From Clostridia bacterium (GTDB lineage Bacteria > Bacillota > Clostridia > UBA1212 > DUPL01), in the NCBI GenBank assembly GCA_050951325.1, contig JBMNIW010000001.1, forward strand, positions 32,001 to 96,000: a DNA stretch of 64,000 nucleotides, in the 5' to 3' direction. Position numbers and translations under genes: made by a program. The notes under the pieces were generated by a model that was not told where the DNA came from, did no database searches, and worked only from the letters and a program-made list of their open reading frames with translations. Below are positions 48,594 to 58,121 of this stretch, in pieces (the stretch's first letter is position 1; each line of letters starts with the position of its first letter).

Positions 48594-49625
48594 TCACATT
48601 TTACCAGAAAGTGCGGAAACAATTGTCGAAGCAACCTTGTTCAAAGGCACCCTTTTTACAACCGCCCCTATGTCATATGCAGCTTTGGGCATGCCGTATA
48701 CAACGCTGCTCTCTTCATCCTGTCCTATGGTAAAGTTGCCGTTTTTCTTCATGGATAGAAGCCCCATCGCTCCATCCTTGCCCATTCCAGTCAGAATTAC
48801 TCCTATTGCGTTCCCCTTGCATATCTTGGCAACCGACTCAAACAAAACGTCAACAGAAGGCCTGTGATTGTTGACCTTGTCTTCCTTAACACAGTTAACC
48901 CTGTATACACTTCCAAGCTTGGAGACCCTCGTATGGAAATCCCCAGGTGCAACATACACATGCCCCGGTTTTATAATATCCCTGTCCTCAGCTTCCTTGA
49001 CTTTGAAACCTGTAGTTTCATTAAGACCATCTGCAAACATTTTTGAGAAAACAGGAGGTATGTGCTGAACTATGACAATGCCCGGCATATCCTTTGGAAG
49101 CTCCTTCAATATCTGACGGATCGCCTCTGTTCCTCCAGTAGATGCGCCAATGGCTATCAGGTCGATATTTGATTTTGTTATATCATTCATATGCTCCTTT
49201 TCAAGCACCAGTTCCTCATTGTTGTATGGAACCTTTGCCATGGAGGCAATTCTTATCTTCCCAACCAGCTCATTTACAAACAAATCAAGCTCCTCTTTAT
49301 TGCCAGCCTTTGGTTTGGCAATAAAGTCTACGGCACCTGCATGAAGCGCTTTAAAAACCACATTGCTGACTGAACTGACCACCACAACAGGTATGGGATA
49401 TTGCGGCATCAGCTGTCTTATGAATTCAATGCCGTTCATCTTCGGCATCTCAATGTCACAGGTCAAAACATCTGGTTTGTATTTCTTTATCTTATCTACT
49501 GCATCATAAGGATCAGCAGCAGTTGCTACCACTTCCAGGTTTGAATATGAAGCAAGCTTTGCAGATAGCATTTCTCTAAAAAACAAAGAATCATCAACTA
49601 TCATCACTTTTATTACACTACCCAC
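48594..49625 (-). CDS. cheB: Chemotaxis methylesterase CheB
   Basis: REC domain (VDDS, DIEMP) plus 'GASTGG', 'VQHIP', 'RPSVDVLF', 'LTGMGKDG'. Confidence 0.96.
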   Translation of the reverse strand: MGSVIKVMIVDDSLFFREMLSAKLASYSNLEVVATAADPYDAVDKIKKYKPDVLTCDIEMPKMNGIEFIRQLMPQYPIPVVVVSSVSNVVFKALHAGAVDFIAKPKAGNKEELDLFVNELVGKIRIASMAKVPYNNEELVLEKEHMNDITKSNIDLIAIGASTGGTEAIRQILKELPKDMPGIVIVQHIPPVFSKMFADGLNETTGFKVKEAEDRDIIKPGHVYVAPGDFHTRVSKLGSVYRVNCVKEDKVNNHRPSVDVLFESVAKICKGNAIGVILTGMGKDGAMGLLSMKKNGNFTIGQDEESSVVYGMPKAAYDIGAVVKRVPLNKVASTIVSALSGKM

Positions 49626-49702
49626 AGAATACTACTCCTTTATATATGGTATTCAATTAATTATACCAAAAGTACTACAGTTTTGAAATGAAGCAAATTT
49701 TA

Positions 49703-49730
49703 ACAATTGTGTACAATATTCCATATTATA
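49703..49730 (+). promoter_or_regulatory. Putative sigma-K-type promoter
   Basis: ACA-N16-CATATTATA. Confidence 0.5.
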
Positions 49731-49761
49731 TAATGACACTTCAAATTGTTGAGGCAAAACA

Positions 49762-50055
49762 ATGACGATAGAAATACACGAAGCTCTATGCCAAGAGTTC
49801 AAAGAACACATAGGAGAGACAGTGACAGTCTACACTACATCAGGAGGACGTTCAGGAGTTGGTTTTACAGGACTTCTGACACATGCCAACTGCTACTTTA
49901 TTAGACTGGTAAAACACCTGCGACCTGTTGTATGCCCGCATTTCGATTACAGAAAAAAGAAATGTTATACCTGCAAACAATATAAATTCAAAGGAGTAAC
50001 CACCATTATCCCCATGGATAAAATAGCGGCCTTTGTACACAGTACAAAAAGTTAA
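49762..50055 (+). CDS. Small Cys-containing protein, putative spore-coat family; paralog of the next gene
   Basis: 'HIGETVTVYTTSGGRSGVGFTGLL'...'IP.DKIAA'. Confidence 0.65.
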   Translation: MTIEIHEALCQEFKEHIGETVTVYTTSGGRSGVGFTGLLTHANCYFIRLVKHLRPVVCPHFDYRKKKCYTCKQYKFKGVTTIIPMDKIAAFVHSTKS

Positions 50056-50082
50056 CATAAAACATGCACTCTCCATATAATA
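50055..50082 (+). promoter_or_regulatory. Putative sigma-K-type promoter
   Basis: ACA-N16-CATATAATA. Confidence 0.5.
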
Positions 50083-50129
50083 TACTGAATCCGGAAATAC
50101 ACGGATGAAAATGTATAAGGAGGTGCAAC

Positions 50130-50438
50130 ATGTATTTTGCAGACAATTTGAAGGATGACCTGATAGACCATATTGGTGAAACAATAACTGTATTCACAAA
50201 GAGCGGCGGCGAATCAGGCAGAGGATTTACAGGTGTGCTCCTATCTGTAAACGGATGCCTTGTTAGGTTGACTACTCGCATAGGCCCTGCTCCTGGCTGT
50301 GCATTGGGCAACGCTTGTGACTTTTGCTATAACTCAAAGAGATCACGTGGAGATTTCAGAGGCTTCCAGAGAGACATTGGCTCAGTTATTGACATCCCAA
50401 TTGACAGTATAGCTGCAGTTGTATTCAACGCCGTGTAA
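50130..50438 (+). CDS. Small Cys-containing protein, putative spore-coat family
   Basis: RBS AAGGAGG; 'HIGETITVFTKSGGESGRGFTGVL'...'IPIDSIAA'; followed by a terminator at about 50459-50487. Confidence 0.7.
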   Translation: MYFADNLKDDLIDHIGETITVFTKSGGESGRGFTGVLLSVNGCLVRLTTRIGPAPGCALGNACDFCYNSKRSRGDFRGFQRDIGSVIDIPIDSIAAVVFNAV

Positions 50439-50578
50439 TTTGGCATTGACATATATTTAAGAGGCTGTTTTCACACAGCCTCTTTTTGTTAGTAAAATCA
50501 TATCTATAAAGTATTTGTACTTGTCAGCACGCAAGTCATAATTCCAACGATTAGCTGAACTATTTTTGCTATTTGGGC

Positions 50579-50968
50579 TCACTCATCGTCAGGTAAGAAA
50601 TGTTTCTTCAAGGCTTCAAAGGTTTCATCACTAATAACATGCTCAATTCTGCAGGCGTCTTCTTTTGCAATGTCTTTATCAACGCCAAGACTTATGAAGA
50701 ATTCACTGAGCATAATATGCCTTTCATATGTCTTCTTCGCTATTTTCAGCCCCTCACCCGTAAGCATCAAATATCCATTTTCATCTACTTCCACATATCC
50801 TTCGTCTTTCAAAAGTCCAATAGCACGACTTACACTGGGTTTTGAATAACCCATATGCCTGCTTACATCAATAGCGCGTACATTTGGACTCCTTAATGAT
50901 AACAAGTAAATAGTCTCCAAATACATTTCACCGGATTCGTACAGTGCCAAAATACAACCACCTTTCAC
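50579..50968 (-). CDS. DtxR/MntR family metal-dependent regulator
   Basis: 'ESGEMYLETI', 'SKPSVSRA', 'YERH', 'DACRIEHVIS'. Confidence 0.92.
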   Translation of the reverse strand: MKGGCILALYESGEMYLETIYLLSLRSPNVRAIDVSRHMGYSKPSVSRAIGLLKDEGYVEVDENGYLMLTGEGLKIAKKTYERHIMLSEFFISLGVDKDIAKEDACRIEHVISDETFEALKKHFLPDDE

Positions 50969-51031
50969 TTCCTATCACAAATATAGTACCACAAATTGCA
51001 TGCATGCTCAAAAAAATATTTTTCTATCCTA

Positions 51032-51085
51032 TTGACATTTATACATTGTTGATGTAAACTGTAATCAGTTAGCCAATGCTAACTG
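51032..51085 (+). promoter_or_regulatory. Sigma-A promoter with DtxR-like operator palindrome
   Basis: TTGACA-N17-TAAACT (51032-51060), then CAGTTAGC-caat-GCTAACTG (51066-51085). Confidence 0.7.
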
Positions 51086-51112
51086 TTGTTTGGCAAACAA
51101 GGGGGAATAAAT

Positions 51113-51319
51113 ATGCCAAAACTTCTATCAACTGTTTTGACAATCTTACTTAATGTAGCACTGTTTGGAGCGCTCATAAGTATATTTGCATATAGAATAA
51201 GGAAGAACATGAGGAAAAAGAAGGACATTACAGAAAGCAGCTGCGCACACAGCTGCAGTTCATGCCCAATGAGCACAAGATGTAATGACATGCTGATAGA
51301 AAATCCCTTCAAATCATAA
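51113..51319 (+). CDS. FeoB-associated Cys-rich membrane protein-like
   Basis: One TM, a basic stretch and 'CAHSCSSCP...C'; divergent from the DtxR gene. Confidence 0.65.
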   Translation: MPKLLSTVLTILLNVALFGALISIFAYRIRKNMRKKKDITESSCAHSCSSCPMSTRCNDMLIENPFKS

Positions 51320-51476
51320 ACAAACAACGCTTTTTCATTAATGTGGTTAAAACTCTCCATATTCAAAAAAAGGAGCACTATGCTCCTTTTTTATATTTTA
51401 GCGGAACCATTATAAGCAGCAATACTAATATTAAAATTTAGAAAATCAGGTACAATGCCATATTTATAACAGTTAG

Positions 51477-52994
51477 TTAATCCTTCTTCTCAAACAAAAT
51501 ATACCTGTACCTGTCATGTATGTCTTCAGCTGTTTCTATTATCTCATAATTCTCAAACAGCACTGGACACCGTATGTCAGTTATCTTCTCTCGTTTTTTA
51601 ACCCTTGCAACCACAAAATCAACCTGCTTGTTTGCAATAATCCTTGTCTGTTCGTCATGCATTTCAGGAAATTCCTCATAAGTTATGTTGTTGGTCTGAA
51701 AGAATTTCATTTCAGGCTGTATTCCGGAAGCGAAATAAAAACCTCCGTCGACAAAACCGTAGTTCAACATTGTCGCATTTTCCCTCTTGTTGATTATACT
51801 TGCAAATTTGTATTGAGGATATTCAAGTTTTCCCCTGAAAAGATACGGCATGCAGTTGTTGAAAAGAAGAACGTATGCAAGGCTGAATATTACAATTGTT
51901 CTTTTCATAAGTTTCACATCTTTTAACTTTGGAATCTTTTCAACAATTTTAAGTCTGTACTTCTCCTCAAACAAATCATATAGAGCAATAACTCCAAACA
52001 CCGTAAAGCCTGTCACTATTAAAAGGTAGTAGTCGTACCATACATTGGAAAAGGTTACTCCCAGATATGAAATGACAAAGGTGACAAGCAGAAATCTTCT
52101 TGCGGTCCTGTTCTTTAAATATTTGCTTGTCAAAGCAAATTTGTAAATTCCCAGCACCATAACAGGAAAAAGTACAATATTCTGACCTATGTTCTTCAGT
52201 GTGTTAAAAACAAAGTAAACCGGGATAAGAAGCTTTGAGCCGCTATTGTAAAGAAATATGTTGCAGTAAAAATATGTGTAAAAAAGATCATCCAATGCGT
52301 TATGGCCATGAAAGTATAATAGTACAGGAGCTGTAACAATCACAAAACCTGTCAATACCATAAGAAGTGATGCAATCAGTTCTCCAAACCTCTTGTACTT
52401 AATAAGGCGTACAAGCGAGAATAAAAAGAAGCCAATCCAAAAACCCAGCAGATTAAACTTGAGCCAGAACACAAAACCAACAAAAATACCATTTAAAAAC
52501 ATCATCCAAAGATTATATAATCTTCCCCTCTCCCCGTTGAGATACATATCCAGCATGTAATACATGGATATTGCAATAAGAGGAAGTACAAACTCTTCCA
52601 CATTGTCTCCCCTTAAATAACATCTGGATGTCATGATAAGCCCCAGAGTAAAAAAGACAATAAAATTGGCCTTTTTCTCAGGCACAAACAAACATGCTGT
52701 TTTTCTTGTGTAAATCATGAATACAATGAGAAAAACATATTGTAAAAAATAAACTCCAATAAACGATGTAGTGGAGATGCGGGAAGCTAATGCATGCATA
52801 AAAAAAATAACAGGCCCTTTTTGATCAAACAAGTCTCTGTATGGTACCTGCCCTTTTAAAATTCCCTTGCCGATTGTCATAAAGCAATTCTGATCCACCC
52901 TGTTATGTATCGGGTAAAGAAATGATGTCATGGAACAAATAGTCAGTAAAAAAAACGCTAGAACAAGTATAAAAGCAAAGCTTTTAAATCTCAT
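51477..52994 (-). CDS. Integral membrane glycosyltransferase (GT-C / PMT-2-like)
   Basis: 'D...F.TIGKGIL.G.VPYRDLFDQKGP' loop motif, 'EEF.LP', many TMs. Confidence 0.78.
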   Translation of the reverse strand: MRFKSFAFILVLAFFLLTICSMTSFLYPIHNRVDQNCFMTIGKGILKGQVPYRDLFDQKGPVIFFMHALASRISTTSFIGVYFLQYVFLIVFMIYTRKTACLFVPEKKANFIVFFTLGLIMTSRCYLRGDNVEEFVLPLIAISMYYMLDMYLNGERGRLYNLWMMFLNGIFVGFVFWLKFNLLGFWIGFFLFSLVRLIKYKRFGELIASLLMVLTGFVIVTAPVLLYFHGHNALDDLFYTYFYCNIFLYNSGSKLLIPVYFVFNTLKNIGQNIVLFPVMVLGIYKFALTSKYLKNRTARRFLLVTFVISYLGVTFSNVWYDYYLLIVTGFTVFGVIALYDLFEEKYRLKIVEKIPKLKDVKLMKRTIVIFSLAYVLLFNNCMPYLFRGKLEYPQYKFASIINKRENATMLNYGFVDGGFYFASGIQPEMKFFQTNNITYEEFPEMHDEQTRIIANKQVDFVVARVKKREKITDIRCPVLFENYEIIETAEDIHDRYRYILFEKKD

Positions 52995-53074
52995 AAACCA
53001 TAGTCCTTCTTTCAAACCTATAATAATCTGGCAGCTCATTATACCAGCTAGTACATATTTTGCCAAGATTGGTG

Positions 53075-53641
53075 TTAAAAAAACCTCTCCTTGTACATCC
53101 GGACAAAACGTTTGCAAATATCCGGGTCAAACTGCGTGCCTGCATGCCTGCCTAGCTCAGCAAGAGCATCATTAACACTCATAACCAGGTTGTATGGTCT
53201 TGCGTTTGTCATAGCATCAAAGGCATCTATGACTGAAACAATCCTTGCAATAACAGGAATCGCTTCCATCTTTCTGCCATAAGGATAGCCAGTTCCGTCC
53301 CATCTCTCATGATGATGCAGAATCGCTTCCGCCACATCACGAAGAAAAGCATACTGGCTTAGCAGCTCCCATCCTCTTAACGGATGGGTCTTTATCTCTG
53401 CCCATTCCTCTTCTGTAAGTCTGCCTTTCTTGTTTAGAATGCAAGCTGGAATAAATCTCTTTCCAATATCATGAATTGCACAAGTAAGTTCAAGCACATC
53501 TCCATCGGATTCGGATAGCCCTATAGTCTCAACCATGCCTCTTGAAAGGATCATCATTCGTCTTGAGTGAGCTCTTGTTGTATCGTCAAAGTCGGATATC
53601 GACTCTTTAATAATTACAAGGGCCCTGTTTATTTCATCCAA
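53075..53641 (-). CDS. HD-GYP domain c-di-GMP phosphodiesterase
   Basis: 'HS.R', 'HDIGK', 'HHHERWDGTGYP', 'DAFDAMT..RPY', 'GTQFDP'. Confidence 0.92.
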   Translation of the reverse strand: MDEINRALVIIKESISDFDDTTRAHSRRMMILSRGMVETIGLSESDGDVLELTCAIHDIGKRFIPACILNKKGRLTEEEWAEIKTHPLRGWELLSQYAFLRDVAEAILHHHERWDGTGYPYGRKMEAIPVIARIVSVIDAFDAMTNARPYNLVMSVNDALAELGRHAGTQFDPDICKRFVRMYKERFF

Positions 53642-54372
53642 TCAATCTTCCCCCTAAGTTTCATTAGCGCCTTGGAGTGAATCTGAGATACCCTGGATTC
53701 GCTGACACCCAAAACATGCCCAATCTCCTTGATACTTAGGTCATCGTAATAGTAGAGGGAGATTACAAGCTTTTCCCTGTCGGAAAGGCTATCAATACCT
53801 TTAGCCAGTATTTCCTTGAGTTCCAGCTCATCATAACTTTCTTCCGGCAGTTCGCTTTTACTCTCGGAAGGCAGAGACACACATTTCTCAAGCACATCCT
53901 CAAGATACATTACATTGTATGTGTAAGCATCATCAAGGGTCTTTTGCAATGTCTCCTGGTCCATATTCAGGTGTTTAGCCAGCTCCTCATCGGTGGGAGG
54001 ACGACCAAGCTGTATCTCCAAGCTCTCCATGGCGCTCTCAACATTCTTTATTCTCTTCCTAAGGCTTGTGGAAACAAAATCCTGTCTCCTGAGATAATCT
54101 ATTATTTCCCCTTTTATACGAAGATATGCAAAGCTTTCAAACGGCACCCCCTTGCCTGGGTCAAATCTGTCTACCGCATGTATAAGTCCCATTATGCCGC
54201 TTCCCAGAAGGTCATCCAGATCCACGTATTTACTGTAACTGGGCATCATTTTGTATACTATCTTTTTCACAAGAGGCAGATAATTCAGTATCAGGGCATC
54301 CCTGTCTTCCTGTTTTTTGTTTTTAGCATATTTCTCCCACATATGTACAGACTCATCTTTAGTTTTCAACAT
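53629..54372 (-). CDS. fliA: RNA polymerase sigma-28 factor FliA/SigD
   Basis: 'DDL...G..GLI.AVDRFDP', 'RIKGEIIDYLR..D', 'LGVSESRVSQIHSKA'. Confidence 0.95.
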   Translation of the reverse strand: MLKTKDESVHMWEKYAKNKKQEDRDALILNYLPLVKKIVYKMMPSYSKYVDLDDLLGSGIMGLIHAVDRFDPGKGVPFESFAYLRIKGEIIDYLRRQDFVSTSLRKRIKNVESAMESLEIQLGRPPTDEELAKHLNMDQETLQKTLDDAYTYNVMYLEDVLEKCVSLPSESKSELPEESYDELELKEILAKGIDSLSDREKLVISLYYYDDLSIKEIGHVLGVSESRVSQIHSKALMKLRGKIDWMK

Positions 54373-54907
54373 GTACTCCTCCAGACTCGAGATACCTATA
54401 ACCTATATCACCAATACCATCTTTCTTGTCATAAAACCAGCCCAACAACTCAAGTTCGTGTTTAAGGTAGGCCCTTACCGTACTTGAAATATTAGATACG
54501 GTTCTTTCTGCTGCTGATTTGGTTTCCACCGGTCCTACAACCAGTTTGACAGTGTTTTTGTTTGCATTGAATATATTGCGCATAAGAAGCAATTTGATTT
54601 GAGAGTAAATGCCCAAAACACTTTCGTTGGAATCGTCGGTCAGGGTAATTACATCAATATTGTGATTTGCAAACTGCTCCACAAAGTTTACTTCTTTTGC
54701 GGCAAAGATATAGTATTCGTATTCTGTTTTTGAAATAAATGTTTTTGCTTCCTCAACACTTTCAGTGTCAATAAAAACAGCTCTATCCAAACGCCTGGCA
54801 AGTTTTTTGCAGAAGGAATCCGCATCCTTGTAATAGGCGCATGTCAGGACAAATATCAGTCTGTAATTTTTAAAAACCATCTTACGCAAACTGTGTGCCT
54901 GATCCAT
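54359..54907 (-). CDS. Degenerate FlhG/FleN-like protein lacking the P-loop
   Basis: Between flhF and fliA; N-terminal DQAxxLR (MDQAHSLRK); no KGGVGK motif. Confidence 0.7.
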   Translation of the reverse strand: MDQAHSLRKMVFKNYRLIFVLTCAYYKDADSFCKKLARRLDRAVFIDTESVEEAKTFISKTEYEYYIFAAKEVNFVEQFANHNIDVITLTDDSNESVLGIYSQIKLLLMRNIFNANKNTVKLVVGPVETKSAAERTVSNISSTVRAYLKHELELLGWFYDKKDGIGDIGYRYLESGGVHVEN

Positions 54908-54920
54908 TTTAAAGCCCTTT

Positions 54921-56063
54921 CTATATTATTCTGTCTGTTATATAACTTAAATTCTCCTCGTTAAGCTCTATAATATCGTCAGGTACATTCTGACCTGTTG
55001 TCACATATCCGATACTCTTCTTTGACTGCCATGCAATATTTACAATATTGCCAAAAGTAGGCGTTTCATCCACCTTGGTAACTACCAGCTTGTAATTATC
55101 AAGAAACTCATAATTCTTAAGTATATGCAGGCATCCCTTGTAAGAGGTTGTGGCACTCATTACCAAATAAACTTCATACGAGTCACACATTTCAAATAGC
55201 GGCATTACCTCTTCCTTTCTTACAGGGTCGGTAGGACTTCTGCCTGCAGTATCCACAAGAATAACATCCTCCTGCTCATGGTTCATGAGTACTTTGCCAA
55301 ACTCCTCATTGTTTCTTACTACCTCAAGAGGTATGTTAAGAATATCGGCATAAGTCTTTAACTGTTCCACAGCTGCTATCCTGTATGTATCACATGCCAC
55401 CAGACAGACCTTTGCCTTTTTCTCAAGAGTAAATATGGAGGCAAGTTTTGCAATTGTTGTGGTTTTTCCCACTCCGGTAGGTCCCAACAGGAAAATTATC
55501 TTCCTTCTGTATTTTGCAAGCTTTACAGGCATTGGCTCACCAAGATGGGATTGCAACAGATACCTGATGACATCCTCCATTTGAGCGTCTTCCCTTTTTC
55601 TGACTATTTCCTCCGCTTCCTTTACAATCTCAATTGCAACCTCTTCCAATACCTCTTCCTCAACCAACTTTTTGACATAGTCATTGTCCTGATACACCTC
55701 TGCCCTTGGCTCTTCTTCTTTCACTTCCTTAACTTCTTCAACCTTTTCTTCCACTTGCTCGGATTGAGCACCATTGTTGTTCACGGCATTACTTAAGATA
55801 GACTCAAAATGCTCGCTTAGACTGTCAATCTTTGTTTGAAGAAGTTTATTGTATTCATAATCAATGTCAGGCTCGATTTTGGGAGTTGGTTTTCTTGCAT
55901 CCGCCACAGCAATAACCTCTATCATGGGAGGCTGGAACAGTCCTTTTAAACCCTTTCTCCTTACATTCCTGGTGTTGACAATGACTGCATCGGGGCCAAG
56001 AGAATATTTGATTTTAGAAACCGCCTCAGACATGTCCTCCACAAGAAATCTTCTTACATTCAT
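54921..56063 (-). CDS. flhF: Flagellar SRP-GTPase FlhF
   Basis: GPTGVGKTTTIAKLA, DTYRIAAVEQL, DTAGRS, TKVDE, GQNVPDDI. Confidence 0.95.
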   Translation of the reverse strand: MNVRRFLVEDMSEAVSKIKYSLGPDAVIVNTRNVRRKGLKGLFQPPMIEVIAVADARKPTPKIEPDIDYEYNKLLQTKIDSLSEHFESILSNAVNNNGAQSEQVEEKVEEVKEVKEEEPRAEVYQDNDYVKKLVEEEVLEEVAIEIVKEAEEIVRKREDAQMEDVIRYLLQSHLGEPMPVKLAKYRRKIIFLLGPTGVGKTTTIAKLASIFTLEKKAKVCLVACDTYRIAAVEQLKTYADILNIPLEVVRNNEEFGKVLMNHEQEDVILVDTAGRSPTDPVRKEEVMPLFEMCDSYEVYLVMSATTSYKGCLHILKNYEFLDNYKLVVTKVDETPTFGNIVNIAWQSKKSIGYVTTGQNVPDDIIELNEENLSYITDRII

Positions 56064-56081
56064 ACCCTCTCTCCTCTTCGG

Positions 56082-58121
56082 TTATATTCCAATTATTTTC
56101 TCCGCATGTATTTGTACATCTGGCTCTATCTCGCTGTATGACAGAACCACCAAATCAGGTACAAGTTGTTCCGTCATTCTCTTAAAGTGGTATCGAACAA
56201 TAGGTGAAGTTATGACAATAGGCTCGATACCTGTTCTTCCCAGACTTTCAATTGCATCCCTCAAGTTCAAAAGTATCTTCTGCAGAACCTGGGGTTCCAG
56301 ATTCACATAGGAACCATGCTTTGTCTTGTGTATATTGTTAAGTATTAGCTGTTCAAGTTCCGGATCCAATGTAATGGAAACCACCACCTCGTCCTTTCTC
56401 AGAAATCTGTGCGTAATGGTCCTTTTAAGACTTTGACGCACATATTCCACAAGCATCTCTATATCTTTTGTGATGATGCCGTAATCTCCCAGCGTCTCCA
56501 AAATGGTAGGCAAATCTCTTATCGGTACTCCCTCTCTCAAAAGATTTGCAAGCACCTTTTGAACTTCTCCCAGTGTTACCACGTTTGGCACAACCTCTTC
56601 CACAAGAACAGGCTGCGTATTTTTGACAATATCAAGAAGATTCCTGACCTGCTGTCTTGTCAGAAGCTCATGACCATGCCTCTTTAAGACTTCAGTAAGA
56701 TGCGTTGCAATCACCGAAGACAAATCAATCAATGTAAAACCATACATTTCAGCCTTTGCCTTGTTGTTTTTATGTATCCATTTTGCCGGCAGACCAAAGG
56801 CTCTTTCAATTGTGTCCACTCCATCAATACTGTCAGGGGTGTCATCACTCTTTATCCCCAGGTAATGGTCGGGCATAATCTCACCCTCTGCCACCTGGTT
56901 GCCCTTTATCTTGATAATATATGTATCAGGATCAAGCTGCATGTTGTCCCTCAGCCTGATTACCGGGATTATCATTCCAAGTTCTGTTGCACACTGCTTC
57001 CTTATCATTGTAACCCTGTCGAGAAGATCTCCACCCTGGGATGCGTCAACAAGAGGTATGATATTGTACCCAAATTCAAACTCAATCGGGTCAATTTCCA
57101 GAAGGCTGTGCACATCCTCCGGTTTTCTCTTCTCCTTTGCAATCTGCTTTTCCCTCTCCGTCTCAATCATCTCAATTTCCTTTTTCTTGTTTTTATTAAT
57201 GGTTACCGAGAGGAATATGAATAAGAACCCTAATACAAGCAATGGAATCTTAGGAAAGCCTGGTATTAGGACCATAAAAAGGAGAATGCCTCCGGAGATT
57301 AGAAGGATATTGGCATTGCCAAACAGCTGCTCCTTCATGTCCACGCCCATGCTGTCTTCCGATGCACTTCTTGTTACAGTTATACCTGTTGCAGTGGATA
57401 CCAAAAGTGCAGGCAGCTGGATTACAAGACCGCCTCCAACTGTAGCAAGCGCATAAACCTCCACCACCTGGCCAAAACTCATGCCGCCCTGCAGCATTCC
57501 AATAATTATGCCACCAATGAAGTTGATAATTGTTATCAGTATGCCTACAATGGCATCGCCTTTTACGAATTTGCTAGCACCGTCCATTGCTCCGAAGAAA
57601 TCCGACTCTCTCTGTATATCTTTTCTTCTCTTTTTGGCAGTTTCCTCATCAATAAGGCCGGAGTTTAAATCCGCATCTATTGCCATCTGTTTACCAGGCA
57701 TTGCATCCAAGGTAAATCTTGCCGCAACTTCAGCAACTCTCTCCGAACCCTTGGTAATAACTATGAACTGGATGGCAACAAGTATAAGGAATACAATGAA
57801 ACCTACAACCACATTACCCGATATTACAAAGTTGCCAAAGGTATATATAACTTCCCCTGCCTGCCCGCTGTTTGAAAGAATCAGTCTTGTGGCTGATATG
57901 TTAAGACCAAGCCTGAACAAGGTTATGATTAATAATAGCGAGGGGAAAATTGAAAACTGCAGAGGCTCGGTTATGTACAATGATGTCAGAAGGACCACTA
58001 TTGACAAAACAAGATTAAGCAGTAATAGAAAGTCCAAAGCAATTGTGCCAAGCGGTATGATAATAAGCACAATAATTGCAATTATGGCAAGAGATACAAT
58101 TATATCCCCAATCTTAAGCAT
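56082..58121 (-). CDS. flhA: Flagellar export protein FlhA
   Basis: 'RVAEVAARFTLDAMPGKQMAIDADL', 'GAMDGASKFVKGDA'. Confidence 0.97.
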   Translation of the reverse strand: MLKIGDIIVSLAIIAIIVLIIIPLGTIALDFLLLLNLVLSIVVLLTSLYITEPLQFSIFPSLLLIITLFRLGLNISATRLILSNSGQAGEVIYTFGNFVISGNVVVGFIVFLILVAIQFIVITKGSERVAEVAARFTLDAMPGKQMAIDADLNSGLIDEETAKKRRKDIQRESDFFGAMDGASKFVKGDAIVGILITIINFIGGIIIGMLQGGMSFGQVVEVYALATVGGGLVIQLPALLVSTATGITVTRSASEDSMGVDMKEQLFGNANILLISGGILLFMVLIPGFPKIPLLVLGFLFIFLSVTINKNKKKEIEMIETEREKQIAKEKRKPEDVHSLLEIDPIEFEFGYNIIPLVDASQGGDLLDRVTMIRKQCATELGMIIPVIRLRDNMQLDPDTYIIKIKGNQVAEGEIMPDHYLGIKSDDTPDSIDGVDTIERAFGLPAKWIHKNNKAKAEMYGFTLIDLSSVIATHLTEVLKRHGHELLTRQQVRNLLDIVKNTQPVLVEEVVPNVVTLGEVQKVLANLLREGVPIRDLPTILETLGDYGIITKDIEMLVEYVRQSLKRTITHRFLRKDEVVVSITLDPELEQLILNNIHKTKHGSYVNLEPQVLQKILLNLRDAIESLGRTGIEPIVITSPIVRYHFKRMTEQLVPDLVVLSYSEIEPDVQIHAEKIIGI

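Noticed and set aside
48594-49625. Isolated cheB without cheA/cheR/cheW
   Set aside because: Chemotaxis genes are often scattered in Clostridia; the rest may lie outside the window.
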